Origin: Octopus bimaculoides
Lineage: Eukaryota
DNA length: 63,977 nucleotides
NCBI RefSeq assembly: GCF_001194135.2
Contig: NC_068981.1
Span: 143,083,062-143,147,038 of the forward strand
Reading direction: 5' to 3'
Part shown: positions 50,908 through 63,970 of the stretch, in pieces
Numbering within the stretch: the first letter of the stretch is position 1
Layout: the number at the start of each line of letters is the position of its first letter
Notes under the pieces: model-generated
Database searches by the model: none
What the model was told of the DNA's origin: nothing
The model's input: only the letters and a program-made list of their open reading frames with translations
Program-made: the position numbers and the translations under genes

Positions 50908-53900
50908 CGTCGGTTTCAGCTCGTATTCAAGCATTGGGTTCGTCAGTTTCTTTCCAGTCTCCCCGGCTGTTTGTGCCAAATGTGAATTTGGAGTCCAAGT
51001 CGGTGGTGAAAGAGTCGTGGGCAGAATGCGCACAGGATGGTCGATACGAGTGGAGAATGCTGAAGACGCTCCATTATTCTTCTGCGTTGTACGTCATAAT
51101 TCTATTATTTGTTGAGCTCGACAGAACTAGCTCCATTGCGGATAGCAGTCCTCCAGGCTGTCCTATCCATACCAATATTTTCCTATGAGGATGGCAGGAT
51201 GTTAGTTTGAGCCAGTGTCGTTGAGCTGGTCTTTAAAACGGAATTTCGGACCTCCTCTGGGTCTTGTTGCGATTGCAAGTTCTCTGTAGAGCATGATCGT
51301 CGGGAGATGAGAGGGCTCCATACGCTGGATGTGACCTGCCCAGCGGAGATACTGGTGAAGAATCGTGGCTTCGACGCTTGGTAATGAGGCACGGCGAAGA
51401 ACGTCGTTGTTGGTAATGTGATCTTCCCATCGTATATTGAGGATCCTTCGTAGTTTGCTTTGCTGGAAGCATTCAAGGCGCTTGAATTCACGGGTTTACA
51501 GCGTCCTAGTCTCACAAGCGTAGAGAAGGGTTGAAAGGATAATGGCACGAAGACCATGACCATTGTCCGGATGGTCAGCGCGTGATTGAAGAATACGCAT
51601 TGGCTGAGTCTACCGAAGGTGGAGTGGGCCGCTCTGATCCTGTTCTCCACGTCCTTTTCACACGTGGGTGTCTTCGAAAGGATATCCCCCAAGGTATGAG
51701 AAGTGTTCAACTTCTTCTAGGTGTTGGCCGTTGAGGTTAGTGTTCGTGGGTGAACTGTTCTGGTCTGGTACAGGTTGGATCAGGGTTGTGGTCTTTAATG
51801 TGTTTATATGCACCCCGAAGTTTTCGTAAGCCTCATTATAAAGATCAGCTGTCCTTTGTAGGCCATCTGCGGTCCGGCTAGAGATAGCATTGTTGTCAGC
51901 ATACTGCATCTCACGCAATGAGATGGCAGAGGATCTCGTCTTTGCGCGGAGACGTGCGAGATTGAAGAGTCCGTCACTCAAGCGATAGCACATGTCGATG
52001 GCAGGCGAGTCCAGTGGGATTTCGTTGAAGATGGTGGCTATGTACAAAGAGAAACAGGTTGAAGTTAGGACGCATCCTTGCTTAAGAGCCCTAGTGATGG
52101 CAAGCAAGTTTGTGATGGCATCTGATGTCATACCCTACCCGCCATGCCGTCGTGAAGGGAGCGGACCAGGCCAATGAAGTCCTCCGGACATCGAAACTGA
52201 GCAAGGACAGCCCATATTGCAGGATGGGGCACCTTCTTAATAGCTTTCTTTAGATCCCAGAAGATGAATATTGCAAGCTGTTTTTGTCCTTGACACTTCC
52301 TATTGAGTTGGTGGGAACAAAAGATCATGTCGACCGTACCCCGAGCGGGTCCAAAGCGACACTGGGATTCAGGGAGGACGTCTTCCGCAAAGATGAGGAG
52401 GCGATTGAGTAGGATGTGGGCAAAGATCTTACTTGCAATACTCAGGAACGAGATGTCCCGATATTTGTTGCAATACTCTCGGTCTCCCTTCTTGTAGATG
52501 GTGATGATAGTTGCATCGTGGAAGCCGTTCGGCAGGGTCTTGATTTCCTAGATCTTGAGGATAAGGAACATCAGATGATTTCTCAGCTCAGGACCTACGT
52601 GCGTGAAAAATATTCAAGCGTGAAAAACTGTCTGGTCCTTGTTGAAATTATGGGACATGAATAGCAGGAACATCCAATGGCGTATGAGGAACTGTGGGGT
52701 ATTTTGGAGGCTATCGTCAGAAGTTCGTGAGTGGTCAATAAGTAGGTTTCAAAATGGGACTTCCAACGATCGATGATTTCCTGGCTGTAGGTTATCGTAG
52801 AGCCAACNNNNNNNNNNNNNNNNNNNNNNNNNNNNNNNNNNNNNNNNNNNNNNNNNNNNNNNNNNNNNNNNNNNNNNNNNNNNNNNNNNNNNNNNNNNNN
52901 NNNNNNNNNNNNNNNNNNNNNNNNNNNNNNNNNNNNNNNNNNNNNNNNNNNNNNNNNNNNNNNNNNNNNNNNNNNNNNNNNNNNNNNNNNNNNNNNNNNN
53001 NNNNNNNNNNNNNNNNNNNNNNNNNNNNNNNNNTGATACTTGCTGTTTCTTTCGTTTCTTCTCTGCACTGGCATGGTTGTTCAGGGCAAGAAGCATCCAG
53101 AGTTTGGCTTCATCAATCTCGTCAAACCAGTCTTCGTTCTTCTTCCGGGCAAAGCCGATCGTCTCCTCGGTGGCAGCGGTCATGGCTTCACGAAGGCTGG
53201 TCCAGCGATCCTCATTTGAGGTCGGCTCTGGTAGGTGCATCAGGTGTCTCTCGATGGATTCCCTGAAGTCTTGGGATGCCTATGAGTTCCAGAGTTTGTT
53301 CAGTCGAAGCGTCGTCAAGAGATGTTTGCTGAGATTCGCTTTGGTGGGCGGCAGATCTTGATGTCAAGGCTAGAAATAAGAAAGCCATGATCCGTCCAGC
53401 AGTAATCTGCAACAGCATGGAGCGAATGATGCGTACATCTCGTCTGTCCCTGGAACTTCTCAGAACGTAGTCAGAACGTTGCCAGTTTTTAGAATGCAGG
53501 TGTTTCTAGGTCGTCTTTTGTCATATTAGGAGACGAGAAAGGAAGTTGGTGATGATGAGGTCGTGCTCGGCGCAAAGGTCCAGGAGGAGCCGGCCATTGG
53601 CATTGCACTTCACAATGCTGTAAGATAAAGATTGCCGTTCCACAGACAATGGTCACTGCTGACTCTACCGTAAAAGTCCCCCAACGCGCCGAGTTTGTCA
53701 TGCACGGGGACTGTCTGGAAGATGCGGTCCAGCAAGTTATGGAACGAAGCCTTGACGTCATCTTGAGATGTGAAGGTAAGAGCGTACACAGAGATCAGTG
53801 TAAGGGATCTGTCCCGAATAAGCGGGATCCGAACAGTCATCAGGCGCTTGCTGACAGCAGTTGGGACGAGTCTGTGTGGGTCCACAAGTTGCTTTTTAAT

Positions 53901-54818
53901 GGCAACGCCAACTCCGTTGATGCGTGGTTTGTTAGCATACTGTCCCTTCCAAAATGGCGTATTTGCAGCCAGTTTCTCTAATGCTGCCTTCTCCGGAAAG
54001 CTAGTGTCGCTCAAGACTGCCACATCGATGTTGAAGCGGGCAGCTTCCTTGCAGACGAGGGTTGTACGTCGCTCCGGGCGATTAACCTCACTCTTTTCCT
54101 GGAGAGTTAGGATGTTCCAGGCCCCAAAATTGAGAGGTTGAGAGGTTGTGAAACAAAGGATTTAGTAGTCGATGATGAATGAGTAGAACTAGAGTTTTGA
54201 CCGCTGAGTGGGAAGTTCGCCAGTCGCGGTAAGCCGGCCATATCGAGTTGCAATGCCCGATGTTTCCTCATCTTTTCTTGGGGCTTTCCCTTGTCGGGTG
54301 GGCTGCGGTAAGCCTAAAGAGACCAGCCGAGTCACGAGTCCAGCTGCCTAACTCCAATGTCACGACTATTCATTGCAGAGAGACTATCTGAGACTCAAAA
54401 TGTAGAAAGACGAAGCCAGTCTCTGACTAAATTATTTGAGGTGATCCTGGCTGTGCGACGGCCACGCACACGCACTTTGCCAGGAACGTCTCCACTGCGG
54501 CTCCAGAATTGAGAAGTGCAGTCTATGAGGTCGGCTGCAGCGAGTTGCTGGAGTCTATCCACCTTTGTCACGCCTGACCGCCAGGCGTTACCTTCTTCCG
54601 CCAGAGTAAGCCCTTGGGGGTTTGAGACTACTTTCATCTGCTTACTTCACCGTTGGGGTCTTGATGTTGGTGTTTGGTCGTGTTTCGTCTTGGACCTCAT
54701 CTTCGACCTTGCCGCCATGGGTGGCTCTGCCAGGAGTCTAAGACTCCGGACGACATCGCTCTAGGAATCATTGGAACACACATGCTCTTCCACCACGGCA
54801 AGGAACGACCATCAGAAG
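50908..54818 (-). mobile_element. Full-length RTE (BovB/Expander-like) LINE, inactivated
   Basis: APE domain LNFGAWNILTL..PERRTTLVCKEAARFNIDVAVLSDT, ALGDFYGRV; RT IFWDLKKA..VPHPAIW, LKQGCVL, EMQYADN (YADD mutated). The 5' UTR begins CCTTGCCGTGGTGG like Expander/BovB-type elements. Candidate 16-bp TSD at 50892-50907 / 54819-54834 (14/16). N gap at 52808-53034. Confidence 0.93.
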
Positions 54819-57316
54819 AGATACATACATACGTACATACATATATACATACATACATACATACGTACATACATATATATAGAATTACATAATCCAGTAA
54901 GTCTCCGTTTAGATGAAAGTGTAGGGTATGTTTTGTAGGATATTTAGATATTTAGATATTATTTTGTTATACTTTTGTGAACAATTTTGTCATTGGTTTT
55001 GATTTCCAATGCATCAATTATGGGTTCATTTTAATATCCAACGCCGCACGGAGCGACATTTCGAGACCTATGTCTTTGCTAGCCAAAGTGACAATAATGA
55101 CACTCTGGGAAGAACTGGAAGTAGAGTGCGCATAACCGTTGACCAGAATCTGCGGTTTTGTACAGTACTGAGAGCCTGCGTATAAGGGCTTTTGTAAAGC
55201 ATCACATATTATACATCGGTCTATGGAACCATTGCCGAGGGATGTGATGAGTCTTGCCTTGTGTTTGAGATATGCAATAAGTGGGGCCGCTTTAACATGC
55301 CTCTTTTGAAGTAGGCCTTGTAACATCAACTCCATCTGTTCGAGTAATTTATTTTACTTAGACTAAAGTAAGTTGTTTGAATATATTTCTCCAGGCATAA
55401 ACAGGCCTACTCCAGATTACTTCGGACTTGAACTTAGCTCTGCTTTCTTTTGAAGCTTGCCTGCTATTTTTAAAGTGAGTTAACCATCTGTACATCTCTG
55501 TTATATATAACATAAAAAAATGTTCTACTGAAATCATTTTGCTGCTTATGTTTATTCTGAAAAAATCTCAAACAGCTTTTACATAAGCAGTGTGTACTCC
55601 TCAAATTCTTAATGACTACAGAAATAGATGTTTGCACTAGCAGGAAGACCAGATGGTATAATGGGAAAAATTGGATACTTGATTTATATTATTTATATGA
55701 ACTTTCTAAACATATGGGCGACATTTAAGTGAAATGGACTAACATCTGGAAATTGAAGATCCCTCACAAATTTATCTTTCCAGGAGCTTAATTTAAATTA
55801 ATCAGAATCCAAATAAATTTAGTGCATTCAAGACACATATACGGTATTTCAAAACAGCGCTATTATGTAACCAACTCATATATCCTCGTATAATACATTG
55901 CAAATGCCAGCGAAATTCGGCTGCAATTTTAAGAGCTGTTAAGCATTAAAATTTGCTTAAAGCTTGTTTCATGAGTGAAGTAGTTGTGAAATAAAATTGA
56001 AAACTGGATAGAATGCTATTGAAAATTATTAGGTTCAACACAGCTTCTTTCAACGAAAAATTAATATTAAGAACTCTTTGTCAACGGTTTAGCACGCAAA
56101 AAGGAGGACTTCTGCGTGGTTACTGACCTGCATGGACTAGATACTGAATTTCTCTTATTTACTTATNNNNNNNNNNNNNNNNNNNNNNNNNNNNNNNNNN
56201 NNNNNNNNNNNNNNNNNNNNNNNNNNNNNNNNNNNNNNNNNNNNNNNNNNNNNNNNNNNNNNNNNNNNNNNNNNNNNNNNNNNNNNNNNNNNNNNNNNNN
56301 NNNNNNNNNNNNNNNNNNNNNNNNNNNNNNNNNNNNNNNNNNNNNNNNNNNNNNNNNNNNNNNNNNNNNNNNNNNNNNNNNNNNNNNNNNNNNNNNNNNN
56401 NNNNNNNNNNNNNNNNNNNNNNNNNNNNNNNNNNNNNNNNNNNNNNNNNNNNNNNNNNNNNNNNNNNNNNNNNNNNNNNNNNNNNNNNNNNNNNNNNNNN
56501 NNNNNNNNNTATGCATTTAACACGACCGATTGTATATGTATTTTATAATAATTTATTATCATCAGGAAATCAATATTAGAATATCCATCAGAACGATAAA
56601 TACATGTGTAGAGTAATTGTTGTATTAAAACTGTATGTAAAAATATATGTAGATATGTATAAGTATAAATATATAATATAATAATAATAGTAAATATATC
56701 ACTTTATAATTACTACAGAAGAATGTTCAAACAGGCATATATGAATTTCAAGATTCTCTTACTAAAGCCTATCTACCAAAAATCAAAAACAGATAATATA
56801 ATGGATTTTACACATAACTATTATGGATTATTACTGAAGACCAACCAAAGAAGAAAATATGGATTAAAGTCTTATGCTAAAGTGTACTTACCAAAATGCA
56901 AAGCAATAACTTTTAATTTTTAATATTTGACTTTTACTTCAAACAAATACCTTTTATAATATTACTTCATATCTTGAAAAAAAATATCATTCGATAACTT
57001 ATACAAATTCTAAATTTTATATCTCTGAAGAGCAGAAGAGTTGTCTATAAATGCTTATCAATATAGGACTCCATTATTAGGGCAGCGCTTTGTGAAACGA
57101 TCGTAAGATAATTTAAAGCCTAATTCAAAATTTTTTAATTATTATTTTTAATTATTATTATTATTATATTATATAATTATACTTATACATATTTACATAT
57201 ATTTTTACATACAGTTTTAATACAGTTACTCTACACATATATAGATCTTTCCGATTAATTTTCTAATATTGATTTCCTGATATTAATAATAATATAATAT
57301 AAAATATATATACATG

Positions 57317-57358
<42 letters not shown>

Positions 57359-57739
57359 NNNNNNNNNNNNNNNNNNNNNNNNNNNNNNNNNNNNNNNNNN
57401 NNNNNNNNNNNNNNNNNNNNNNNNNNNNNNNNNNNNNNNNNNNNNNNNNNNNNNNNNNNNNNNNNNNNNNNNNNNNNNNNNNNNNNNNNNNNNNNNNNNN
57501 NNNNNNNNNNNNNNNNNNNNNNNNNNNNNNNNNNNNNNNNNNNNNNNNNNNNNNNNNNNNNNNNNNNNNNNNNNNNNNNNNNNNNNNNNNNNNNNNNNNN
57601 NNNNNNNNNNNNNNNNNNNNNNNNNNNNNNNNNNNNNNNNNNNNNNNNNNNNNNNNNNNNNNNNNNNNNNNNNNNNNNNNNNNNNNNNNNNNNNNNNNNN
57701 NNNNNNNNNNNNNNNNNNNNNNNNNNNNNNNNNNNNNNN

Positions 57740-57798
<59 letters not shown>

Positions 57799-58744
57799 TG
57801 ATTATCCCTAAGTCTACATTGGATAATGTAGAATCCAAAACAACAACTGAAAACAATGCAGCGAATATTCACTCTGGAAATATTTTCCATCATCATTATA
57901 CTTGATCACTGAGATAAAGAACAATAGTGGCGAAAAAGACATGTCCTTAATTGATATCTTATAAAGAAAGAAAAATAAATGACTGAAACACATTCTTAAA
58001 CACACGAATAAGATTATCTCCCGCTGATTTCATTCTCAGGCAAGTAGCAATATTTAAGTCCTTCACATAGTGTTGGTTGATCACTTAGTGAAATTATATT
58101 TACTGGGAATGGAGGAAAACCAGCACGCAAGACAAAATCGATCTTAGCTACAAAAATAAGTTAGTGCGATGTACTTGCTAAGATAATAAGATATTTCTTC
58201 CCCAGTCAGAGTTGAATTTAATGCACAGGCGGAATAGATTTAATGGCAGAATTGTATTTTGTAGAGTGGGCAAATATTTCTTTAAATGTTTTTGAAAATT
58301 TAGATATTTGGAAACCCACTATTATCGTAATAATATAATGAGTGTAGTTAACACTGAATATTATTGAATATAATAATTATTGTAGTAATAAAATTGAAAA
58401 TAAAAACAAATTTAACTTTTTCGTTAAGATATTTTTTCCGCTATCTACCTTATGATTTCAGTATATTTTGGCTTCTATAATACCGCTACTATCATCTTAT
58501 TGAAATAGTCATTACTTTTATAGCAAACATCGCAAATAATTGTTAAAATTTTCATAAACATAATTTGCGACCTACTTTTATATGCTATTGAAGCAATTTT
58601 TTTATCAAAGATTATGTATCTCAGAAATAATTAGGATCGACATCGAAAATTAGCCTTGAATTAATTTTCGCGTTACTGCATTTATTTCTACATAATTTAG
58701 CCTTGCGGCTCTTGGACATCAACTGTAGAAGTTGAGTATATTCG

Positions 58745-59157
58745 TTTCTACTCTAGGCACAAGGCCCGAAATTATTGGAGAGGGGGCCAGTCGATTAGAT
58801 AGACATCGGTATGCAACTCGTACTTAATTTATCGATCTCGAAAGGATGAAAGGCAAAGTCGAGCTCGGCGGAATTTGAACTCAGAACATAAAGGCAAACA
58901 AAATAACGTCAAGCATTTCGCCCGGTTGCTAACGTTTGTTATTTCTTTATTGCCCACAAGGGGCTAAATATAGAGGTGACAAACAAGGACAGACAAAGGG
59001 ATTAAGTCAATTACATCGACCCCAGTGCATAACTGATTCTTAATTTATTGACTCCGAAAGGATGAAAGGCGGAATTAGAACTCAGAATGTCACGGCAGAC
59101 GAAATACTGCTAAGCATTTCGCCCAGCGTGTTAACGTTTCTACCAGCTCGCCGTCTT
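58745..59157 (-). mobile_element. Dimeric SINE family A (tail-1 monomer fused to tail-2 monomer)
   Basis: Junction (minus strand) GCAATAAAGAAATAACAAACGTTAGCA at ~58925-58952. Confidence 0.88.
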
Positions 59158-59768
59158 AGAATTTGGGTGTATTGAATGTTAACTCATTTAAGCTGGAATA
59201 TGTGAGTGAGCGGATGATTGTCTCAGAAAGTGAAGTGGGTTACTTCAATTTGGTGATAAATAAATTAGTTGCAAGAGGCAAATTTTACAAGAAACAACTT
59301 TTCAGCTGCAAATCCTGATTGTTGCAGAGCAATCTGATGCTGCCCAGTGTTTGTTGTAAAATAGCATAACTCATTGGAATACGGACTGAAAGAAGACTGA
59401 TACTAAATTTGGCTACCCTCATTTTTGCCGTTTAGAACTTTATCACATATAAGTATCTGATCTGATGTAAACATATATTCTTCAGTATTTTTCACTTCTT
59501 TTAAAATATGAATTTCAGATCCTTTTCGCCAGTGTTTCTATCAAATTCATTCGAATAAGGAGGTTGGTATGTGGTAAGTTTTAGACCAAACAAAAAAAAA
59601 AAAAGAAAAACTTGCCTCGAGATTGTGTATTCTGCAGATAATTATAGATAGTAAAAAGCAATGATCTTCTTACCAACAATTTTATATCCTATTGTGTAAT
59701 GTTCACTGAACTATAGTTTTCTTTTAAGTGTAGGCCTAAAAGAAAATACTTGGTATGTGATTTGACAG

Positions 59769-59885
59769 GTTCTCGCATCCCTCTGTCTACGTGTGATTGT
59801 GGTTCGCTAAAGTGTACCCTCGAATTATGCCGAGAACGCATGGGAAGACACTACAAAGATGGCATACGTATTACCGTGGAATTTG
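59769..59885 (+). CDS. Candidate internal coding exon of an unidentified host gene
   Basis: ACAG| acceptor, G|GTGAAC donor, 117 nt, phase 1-1. Only one open frame: GSRIPLSTCDCGSLKCTLELCRERMGRHYKDGIRITVEF. No family recognised. Confidence 0.25.
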
Positions 59886-60221
59886 GTGAACATTCATTTT
59901 AGAAGGTTTTGAAGAGAAGCTTAACATACTTGGTGAATGTGTGTTAATTTGTATTATCAGAAATCTGCAAATCATGTGTCCCCAGATATGTTATTTAGAT
60001 CAGCTGGACATCACTGAGATCTGAGGTGAACTCAAGTCCATCTCCTAATCACAATGTCAATAAGTTATTATTGTTTTCGAATATTTCCCTACTGTAAAGT
60101 GTAGATTCGGACTAATAGTTCTTTAAAATTATCTGCTGTTACTTTGAAATAGCATTAAATTTGCCGGCTTTAAATCGGTGGCTTTGAGACAGTGTCACAC
60201 ATGTAATATTTTCTCTCCACT

Positions 60222-60912
60222 AAGGTGGCGCGCTATCAGAAACGTTAGCACCCCGAGGTCGATTTTGTTCAAATTCCGCCGAGGTCGACTTTGCCCTTCA
60301 TCCTTTCGGGGTTGATTAAATAAGTACCATTTACGCACTGGGGTCGATATAATCAACTTAATCCATTTGTCTGTCCTTGCTTGTCCCCTCTGTATATAGC
60401 CCCTTATGGGCAATAAAGAAATAAGAAACGTTAGCACGTCGGGCGAAATGCGTTATTTCGTCTGTCTTTATGTTCTGAGTTNNNNNNNNNNNNNNNNNNN
60501 NNNNNNNNNNNNNNNNNNNNNNNNNNNNNNNNNNNNNNNNNNNNNNNNNNNNNNNNNNNNNNNNNNNNNNNNNNNNNNNNNNNNNNNNNNNNNNNNNNNN
60601 GGTCGATAAATTAAGTACCAGTTATGCACTGAGGTCGATGTAATTGACTGAATCCCTTTGTCTGTCCTTCTTTGTCCCCTCTATGTTTAGACCCTCGTGG
60701 GCAATAAAGAAATAAGAAACGTTAGACCGCTGGGTGAAATGCTTAGCTGTATTTCGTCTTCCTCTACATTCTGAGATCAAATTCCACCGATGTCGACTTT
60801 GCCTTTCATCCTTTCGTGGTCGATATATTAAGTACCAGTTGCGTACTGGGGTCGATCTAATCGATTTTCCCCCCTCCCCCAAAATTTCGGGTCTTGTGCC
60901 TAGAGAAGAAAA
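60222..60912 (+). mobile_element. Head-to-tail SINE family A multimer (at least three units, spanning a gap)
   Basis: Junctions AATAAAGAAATAAGAAAC|GTTAG at ~60412-60435 and ~60703-60725; last unit ends GGGTCTTGTGCCTAGAGAAGAAA. Confidence 0.88.
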
Positions 60913-61024
60913 GTATATTTTTTCTCCACTTAATTACTTAATTTTCACTTCACTTCGAGCTGAAGTGCATCACGCTCAATGTAGTTTTACATATCTTATT
61001 TCTAGCGTTGAGTTTTGAATCTGA

Positions 61025-61230
61025 AAGCGGTGAGCTGGCAAGATCCGTGGCACACGAAGTCAAATGCTGAGCGGCATGCCGTCCGTCTTTACGTTTTGAG
61101 ACGAAATTCCATCAGTGGCCGATGACATTCATCATCTCAGGGTCGGTATAATATGTACCTGTGCTTAACTGTGGTCGATGTAATCGACTTAAATCCTCCC
61201 CTGAACCTGCTGAAATCAATATAAAGTTGT
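61025..61230 (+). mobile_element. Old SINE family A copy
   Basis: AAGCGGTGAGCTGGCAAGATC head; CAGGGTCGGTATAAT core. Confidence 0.65.
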
Positions 61231-62663
61231 TGCTTCTGACTATTACATTTCACTCTCTTCCACATAGTAATGCCCACGTTATCATTTTAGCGTTTGAAAA
61301 CGGATTCTTTTCGAATAAAACACTATCACTTAATCAATTCAATGGACATTCCAGTTAGACATTTCATCTTCAAATTTCTTCCTGTAAGAAGACAAATCTA
61401 GTTGTTTACAGTTCGGCACACTATAGACATTTTTCGTTTGTGTATAATGTTTTGAACTGTTCATACATACATACATACATACATACATACATACATACAT
61501 ACATACATACATACATACATACATACTTATATATATTTGTGTATGTGTGTGTTTGCGTATGCATGTTTGTATGTGTGTGAGTGTATGTGTGTTTGCGTAT
61601 GCATGTTTGTATGTGTGTGAGTGTATGTGTGTGCATTCGTTTGAGTGTATGATTGTGTGTGTGTATGTGTGAGTGTGTGTGTATCTNNNNNNNNNNNNNN
61701 NNNNNNNNNNNNNNNNNNNNNNNNNNNNNNNNNNNNNNNNNNNNNNNNNNNNNNNNNNNNNNNNNNNNNNNNNNNNNNNNNNNNNNNNNNNNNNNNNNNN
61801 NNNNNNNNNNNNNNNNNNNNNNNNNNNNNNNNNNNNNNNNNNNNNNNNNNNNNNNNNNNNNNNNNNNNNNNNNNNNNNNNNNNNNNNNNNNNNNNNNNNN
61901 NNNNNNNNNNNNNNNNNNNNNNNNNNNNNNNNNNNNNNNNNNNNNNNNNNNNNNNNNNNNNNNNNNNNNNNNNNNNNNNNNNNNNNNNNNNNNNNNNNNN
62001 NNNNNNNNNNNNNNNNNNNNNNNNNNNNNNNNNNNNNNNNNNNNNNNNNNNNNNNNNNNNNNNNNNNNNNNNNNNNNNNNNNNNNNNNNNNNNNNNNNNN
62101 NNNNNNNNNNNNNNNNNNNNNNNNNNNNNNNNNNNNNNNNNNNNNNNNNNNNNNNNNNNNNNNNNNNNNNNNNNNNNNNNNNNNNNNNNNNNNNNNNNNN
62201 NNNNNNNNNNNNNNNNNNNNNNNNNNNNNNNNNNNNNNNNNNNNNNNNNNNNNNNNNNNNNNNNNNNNNNNNNNNNNNNNNNNNNNNNNNNNNNNNNNNN
62301 NNNNNNNNNNNNNNNNNNNNNNNNNNNNNNNNNNNNNNNNNNNNNNNNNNNNNNNNNNNNNNNNNNNNNNNNNNNNNNNNNNNNNNNNNNNNNNNNNNNN
62401 NNNNNNNNNNNNNNNNNNNNNNNNNNNNNNNNNNNNNNNNNNNNNNNNNNNNNNNNNNNNNNNNNNNNNNNNNNNNNNNNNNNNNNNNNNNNNNNNNNNN
62501 NNNNNNNNNNNNNNNNNNNNNNNNNNNNNNNNNNNNNNNNNNNNNNNNNNNNNNNNNNNNNNNNNNNNNNNNNNNNNNNNNNNNNNNNNNNNNNNNNNNN
62601 NNNNNNNNNNNNNNNNNNNNNNNNNNNNNNNNNNNNNNNNNNNNNNNNNNNNNNNNNATATAC

Positions 62664-62698
<35 letters not shown>

Positions 62699-63151
62699 TG
62701 TATGTATGCATTTTTATTTGTAGCTGCATTGTTATGTTCAGAATCTCTCTCGTATATACAGTAGCGCACCCTCTTTTTTTAGTGTCAATTTCAAGATTAC
62801 GATGTTAGTTTACTGCAGCTTGATAATGCTCAATGGGGTAAGTTTAACGATTTAACGAGCAAACTCATGCCAGTTACACGAACAAAGTTTCATGCATAAT
62901 TTATTTATATTTTCCTCTTACTAGTAGAACAAGTAGAATGAAAATATCTAGATTACATATATAATGGCCCTGCAATATATGCTACACTGGCAACAATTTT
63001 ATAGCCACTTGCACAGCAAGAAAGGAAATAGGCAAATACATGTATAAACACATACGCGTGCTCACACAAACACACACAGGTTTTTATGTCAGTATATATA
63101 TATGTGTGTGTTTGTGCGTGTGTTTATATATATAGATATATGTGCATGTAT

Positions 63152-63196
<45 letters not shown>

Positions 63197-63383
63197 TAGA
63201 CAATGATAAATAATTTTAACCATTATCGATAGCGTTTATATGGAGGTTAAATAAGTTAGTATATTTTGTTATTTTATTCTTCTTTCTCTTACCGTTTATT
63301 TTATTCCGGTTTTTGTTCTTCGAAACATTATTCTCGTATCTCATTTTAAATTTAATCATTGCAATTTATTTATCTATTCATTT

Positions 63384-63401
63384 ATTTATTTACTACTACT
63401 A

Positions 63402-63452
<51 letters not shown>
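63384..63452. repeat. Compound (TAC)n(TGC)n microsatellite
   Basis: Direct reading. Confidence 0.95.
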
Positions 63453-63454
<2 letters not shown>

Positions 63455-63886
63455 ATTATTTTGAATATTTATTATCGCTATTATTATTATAATTTCTATT
63501 TTTTTTTTATTGTGATTATTATTATCACATTTACAAGATTGTATTTCTCTTGTTTATATCAATCAGGCAATGATGTCGTTGTATTGACTCCCTGCAGCCT
63601 AGGCAAAAAATGAAAAAAACTAAATAAATAAATAAATACATAAATAAATAAAATGAAATAAAATCACGGTCGATGAAATTTTGATTTCAAATCTTACTGC
63701 GGTCAGTTTTGCTTGGTACCGCCTTGCGCCTTGTAGCATAAAACATCTGTCAAATACAACTGTCGATTCTATTGCCTGTTAACTATTCATCACTTTGGAG
63801 GCCTCTTTGTTAAAATACAAATACAAATATATCCGTTCATACATGCTTACATAAAGACCCACCCACACATACACACGCGCACACAC

Positions 63887-63935
<49 letters not shown>

Positions 63936-63938
63936 TGA

Positions 63939-63970
<32 letters not shown>

